Source: a virus (lineage: Duplodnaviria; Heunggongvirae; Uroviricota; Caudoviricetes). From it: 64,000 nucleotides of DNA. The position numbers and the translations under genes are program-made. The stretch lies in the IMG/VR virus record IMGVR_UViG_3300015365_000054; one strand, 5' to 3'. Below, one piece after another: positions 61,833-64,000 of the stretch. Numbering within the stretch: the first letter of the stretch is position 1; the number at the start of each line of letters is the position of its first letter. The notes beneath the pieces were generated by a model, which was not told the DNA's origin, made no database searches, and saw only the letters and a program-made list of their open reading frames with translations.

Positions 61833-62036
61833 CGAATATTCCGATAAAGTCTCTACTCGTTTTTCTGGGAACTCACATGTGTTCTGTTGACACATCCTAC
61901 GTTGATAGTCAACAGTGCAATCTGAGCATATATCAAATTTTCTCACACCCTTATCTTTTGGGATATATTTGATATATTCATTCCATTCTTTCTCAGAAAA
62001 ACATTTCAATTTACTAATCATACAACTCCACACCAC
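61830..62036 (-). CDS. small Cys-rich hypothetical protein (68 aa)
   Basis: Seven Cys residues including CSDC and CQQNTC, possibly a zinc ribbon. Confidence 0.3.
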   Translation of the reverse strand: MVWSCMISKLKCFSEKEWNEYIKYIPKDKGVRKFDICSDCTVDYQRRMCQQNTCEFPEKRVETLSEYS

Positions 62037-62368
62037 TCAACACGACCAAAAGTACCATCCAGAATATTTCCACGAGGGAAATTTGTGGCTGGAGTATTCC
62101 AAGAAGCAGCCTTTAACACATCACCAACACGAAACACTGTTCCTTTCGAATTTGTGAACTCTTTCTTTACAACGAAAGAATGCACATACCTTGCGCCACC
62201 ATCCGATGGACACTGGAAAACTTTAATATACTTTGATCCTGCACTCAGGGACAAAGAAAATGTTCCAGTTGGCATGATGATATAGTCATTATACACTTGT
62301 TTGATATGATCCATATATCGTGCAATTGCAATATCAAAATCTGATTCAGGCAGAGGATCATTATACAT
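62018..62368 (-). CDS. hypothetical protein (116 aa)
   Basis: ORF only. Confidence 0.35.
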   Translation of the reverse strand: MYNDPLPESDFDIAIARYMDHIKQVYNDYIIMPTGTFSLSLSAGSKYIKVFQCPSDGGARYVHSFVVKKEFTNSKGTVFRVGDVLKAASWNTPATNFPRGNILDGTFGRVEWCGVV

Positions 62369-62407
62369 GTGAGTATCCTATGTGATGAATTGAATTATTA
62401 ACAACAA

Positions 62408-62749
62408 TTAATCCAGACGATTACGGGCATTTGCCTTGATGCCATACTTACGCAGTACGTCCGCATAAGCAATTGCACCAAGTTCTTTCACATCAACATT
62501 CTGCACAGGCAGTCCGGACGGATTCCACAAATCCAAACCCTTGTCATATGATTTACGGAAACCAAGTGATACAAGTGTCTTGCCGAGCTTGGTTGATGCC
62601 TTTTCGGAAACATTAACCCAAGCGAAACCACACATAGGACGATCAACACCATTCAAATGTGTCTGGAAGGCATTATTTGCGGCATTATACGCTGCAATCT
62701 TAGCTTCCTCGTGGATCGCTTTCATGGCTTCTACTGTGATAGTGGTCAT
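62408..62749 (-). CDS. hypothetical protein (113 aa)
   Basis: ORF only. Confidence 0.35.
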   Translation of the reverse strand: MTTITVEAMKAIHEEAKIAAYNAANNAFQTHLNGVDRPMCGFAWVNVSEKASTKLGKTLVSLGFRKSYDKGLDLWNPSGLPVQNVDVKELGAIAYADVLRKYGIKANARNRLD

Positions 62750-62805
62750 CAGAATCTCCAGTTACGTTGTCGATGTGAAGTATTACACGCCCAAATTACC
62801 CGAAG

Positions 62806-63390
62806 TCAACAACTTTTTTCAACATTTGTTGATGTTTTTCCGTGGTGTGTCCGGATTTCCCTAGCACCCATCATGGCATCCAGTTCTTCCCAATCCCACA
62901 ACATCATATCACCACCAAATCTGGTGTCAATACCCACGTTGAAGTTTCTACCAGGAATTGGTGCGATTTCTTGGTGAATATGTCCATAGAACATATATGA
63001 TCCATAGTGCATATTTCGCCATTCCCAAACAGGATAGTGAAACATACACACCAGCTGATCACCAATTTTGATTTCCTTATAATCTTGAACAGACACAAAC
63101 AAATCACGCAATGATTTATTGTTGCGAATCACGTTGTCATGGTTGCCATACACCAGATGTATTTGACCAGTCAACTGCTTCATGATGTGTAATGCTCTTT
63201 CATAGTTACAAAAGAACACATCACCAAGAACATAAACCCTATCCTGTGGACGAACTTGTTCACGCCAATTCTTGATCAGAATTTCATCCATTTCCATAAA
63301 GTCTTTTCCCTGACGGGTTTCTCTACAGAAATTCAAAATGTTCTTGTGTGAAAAATGAACATCGCTTGTGAAAAATATTTTCTCAGTCAT
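62806..63390 (-). CDS. calcineurin-like metallophosphoesterase (Ser/Thr phosphatase-like)
   Basis: Motifs SDVHFSH, VLGDVFF and VYGNHD (the GDxHG / GDxxDRG / GNHE-type metal-binding set). Start taken at MTEKIFF, 2 nt after the upstream stop. Confidence 0.75.
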   Translation of the reverse strand: MTEKIFFTSDVHFSHKNILNFCRETRQGKDFMEMDEILIKNWREQVRPQDRVYVLGDVFFCNYERALHIMKQLTGQIHLVYGNHDNVIRNNKSLRDLFVSVQDYKEIKIGDQLVCMFHYPVWEWRNMHYGSYMFYGHIHQEIAPIPGRNFNVGIDTRFGGDMMLWDWEELDAMMGAREIRTHHGKTSTNVEKSC

Positions 63391-64000
63391 AATTTCCTTC
63401 ATATACAATATCCAAAAACCAATCAAAATTTGAATCGTATATCATACGATATTTTTTACCATCTATATCATAATATAATTCACCAAACCCATCTTCAACA
63501 TCATCCCTATAAGGTTGCAGTTTTAATTCATCAATTTTACTACATAGGTTTTTTGTTTCTTCGTCAGACAATTGCCGTTCGTTCATATTTGACTCCAATT
63601 TAATAATATAAAGATATAAATCACGTATTCCACGAGCATCACACAATGCGTTGTGTGGGATTTTGCTTTCGCCAAAATCTATCCTAACAACTTCCATCGT
63701 TAGTGGTGGGGTATCAATACGCATACCTGCACCAACAATAAGAGCATCACAAAAATGCTTAATGTCTTCCGGCCAATCCGCAATAATATGAACCTTGTCA
63801 AATTGAGCAAGAAAATGTTGTAAACTACGTTGCATTTCTTGTACAGATATAGCTGGCTTTCCTAAAATGGGCATAACATGTTCTTTTACCCAAGGACCAG
63901 GATTCTCACATGGAACCACCTCATACCATTCATAGTTACCATCTTCTGATACCAGTGCCATCGATATAAGGTCACCCTTGAATTCATTAAATTCGCAATC
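63383..64000 (-). CDS. DEDDh-family 3'-5' exonuclease (DexA/oligoribonuclease-like), N-terminus beyond the window end
   Basis: Frame is open to the window edge. DCEF at the edge fits Exo motif I (DxE) and HNALCDARGIRDLY fits Exo motif III (H-x4-D). Confidence 0.5.
   Translation of the reverse strand, partial: DCEFNEFKGDLISMALVSEDGNYEWYEVVPCENPGPWVKEHVMPILGKPAISVQEMQRSLQHFLAQFDKVHIIADWPEDIKHFCDALIVGAGMRIDTPPLTMEVVRIDFGESKIPHNALCDARGIRDLYLYIIKLESNMNERQLSDEETKNLCSKIDELKLQPYRDDVEDGFGELYYDIDGKKYRMIYDSNFDWFLDIVYEGNYD

Noticed and set aside
1-64000. CRISPR arrays, rRNA genes, integrase or transposase genes
   Set aside because: No regularly spaced direct repeats with unique spacers, no rRNA-like conserved segments and no recombinase motifs were seen. 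The only repeats are the 40-nt promoter duplication and the 18-mer in the tRNA-region spacer.

Overview
This AT-rich (about 35-37% GC) window is a segment of a T4-like (Tevenvirinae-type) myovirus genome with five parts.

(1) 1-18968, minus strand: a late baseplate and tail-fibre operon. It contains gp6, gp25, gp5, and proteins resembling gp7, gp8, gp27, gp53 and gp48. It begins with a large fibre-like gene truncated by the window edge. Plus-strand genes for gp4-like, gp54/gp19-family and gp29-like proteins follow.

(2) 23678-26299, minus strand: gp32 single-stranded DNA-binding protein, gp59 helicase loader, a gp33-like protein, and a membrane-anchored SleB-type cell-wall hydrolase.

(3) An NAD+ salvage island behind a perfect sigma70 promoter: nadV (Nampt), natV (NMNAT fused to Nudix), a macro-domain protein and a 2OG-oxygenase-like ORF.

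(4) About 31-50 kb, minus strand: an accessory early-gene region. It holds an SPFH lipoprotein, a possible DUF2384-like antitoxin homologue, a RecB/Cas4-like nuclease, a CmcI-like methyltransferase, PhoH, two paralogous Ser-rich lipoproteins, HNH and SprT-like proteins, SpeD, a dual-specificity phosphatase, and families of small membrane proteins. Several near-consensus promoters are present, including a duplicated 40-nt promoter repeat.

(5) 50.2-60.1 kb: an array of about 30 minus-strand tRNA genes interspersed with endonuclease genes, a Pth2 peptidyl-tRNA hydrolase, a Tat-signal protein and repeat-rich non-coding spacers. A plus-strand glycosyltransferase gene follows, then minus-strand metallophosphatase and DexA-like exonuclease genes.

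No CRISPR array or rRNA was seen. All protein calls rest on motif recognition by eye. tRNA calls were folded manually and need tRNAscan-SE or ARAGORN confirmation.
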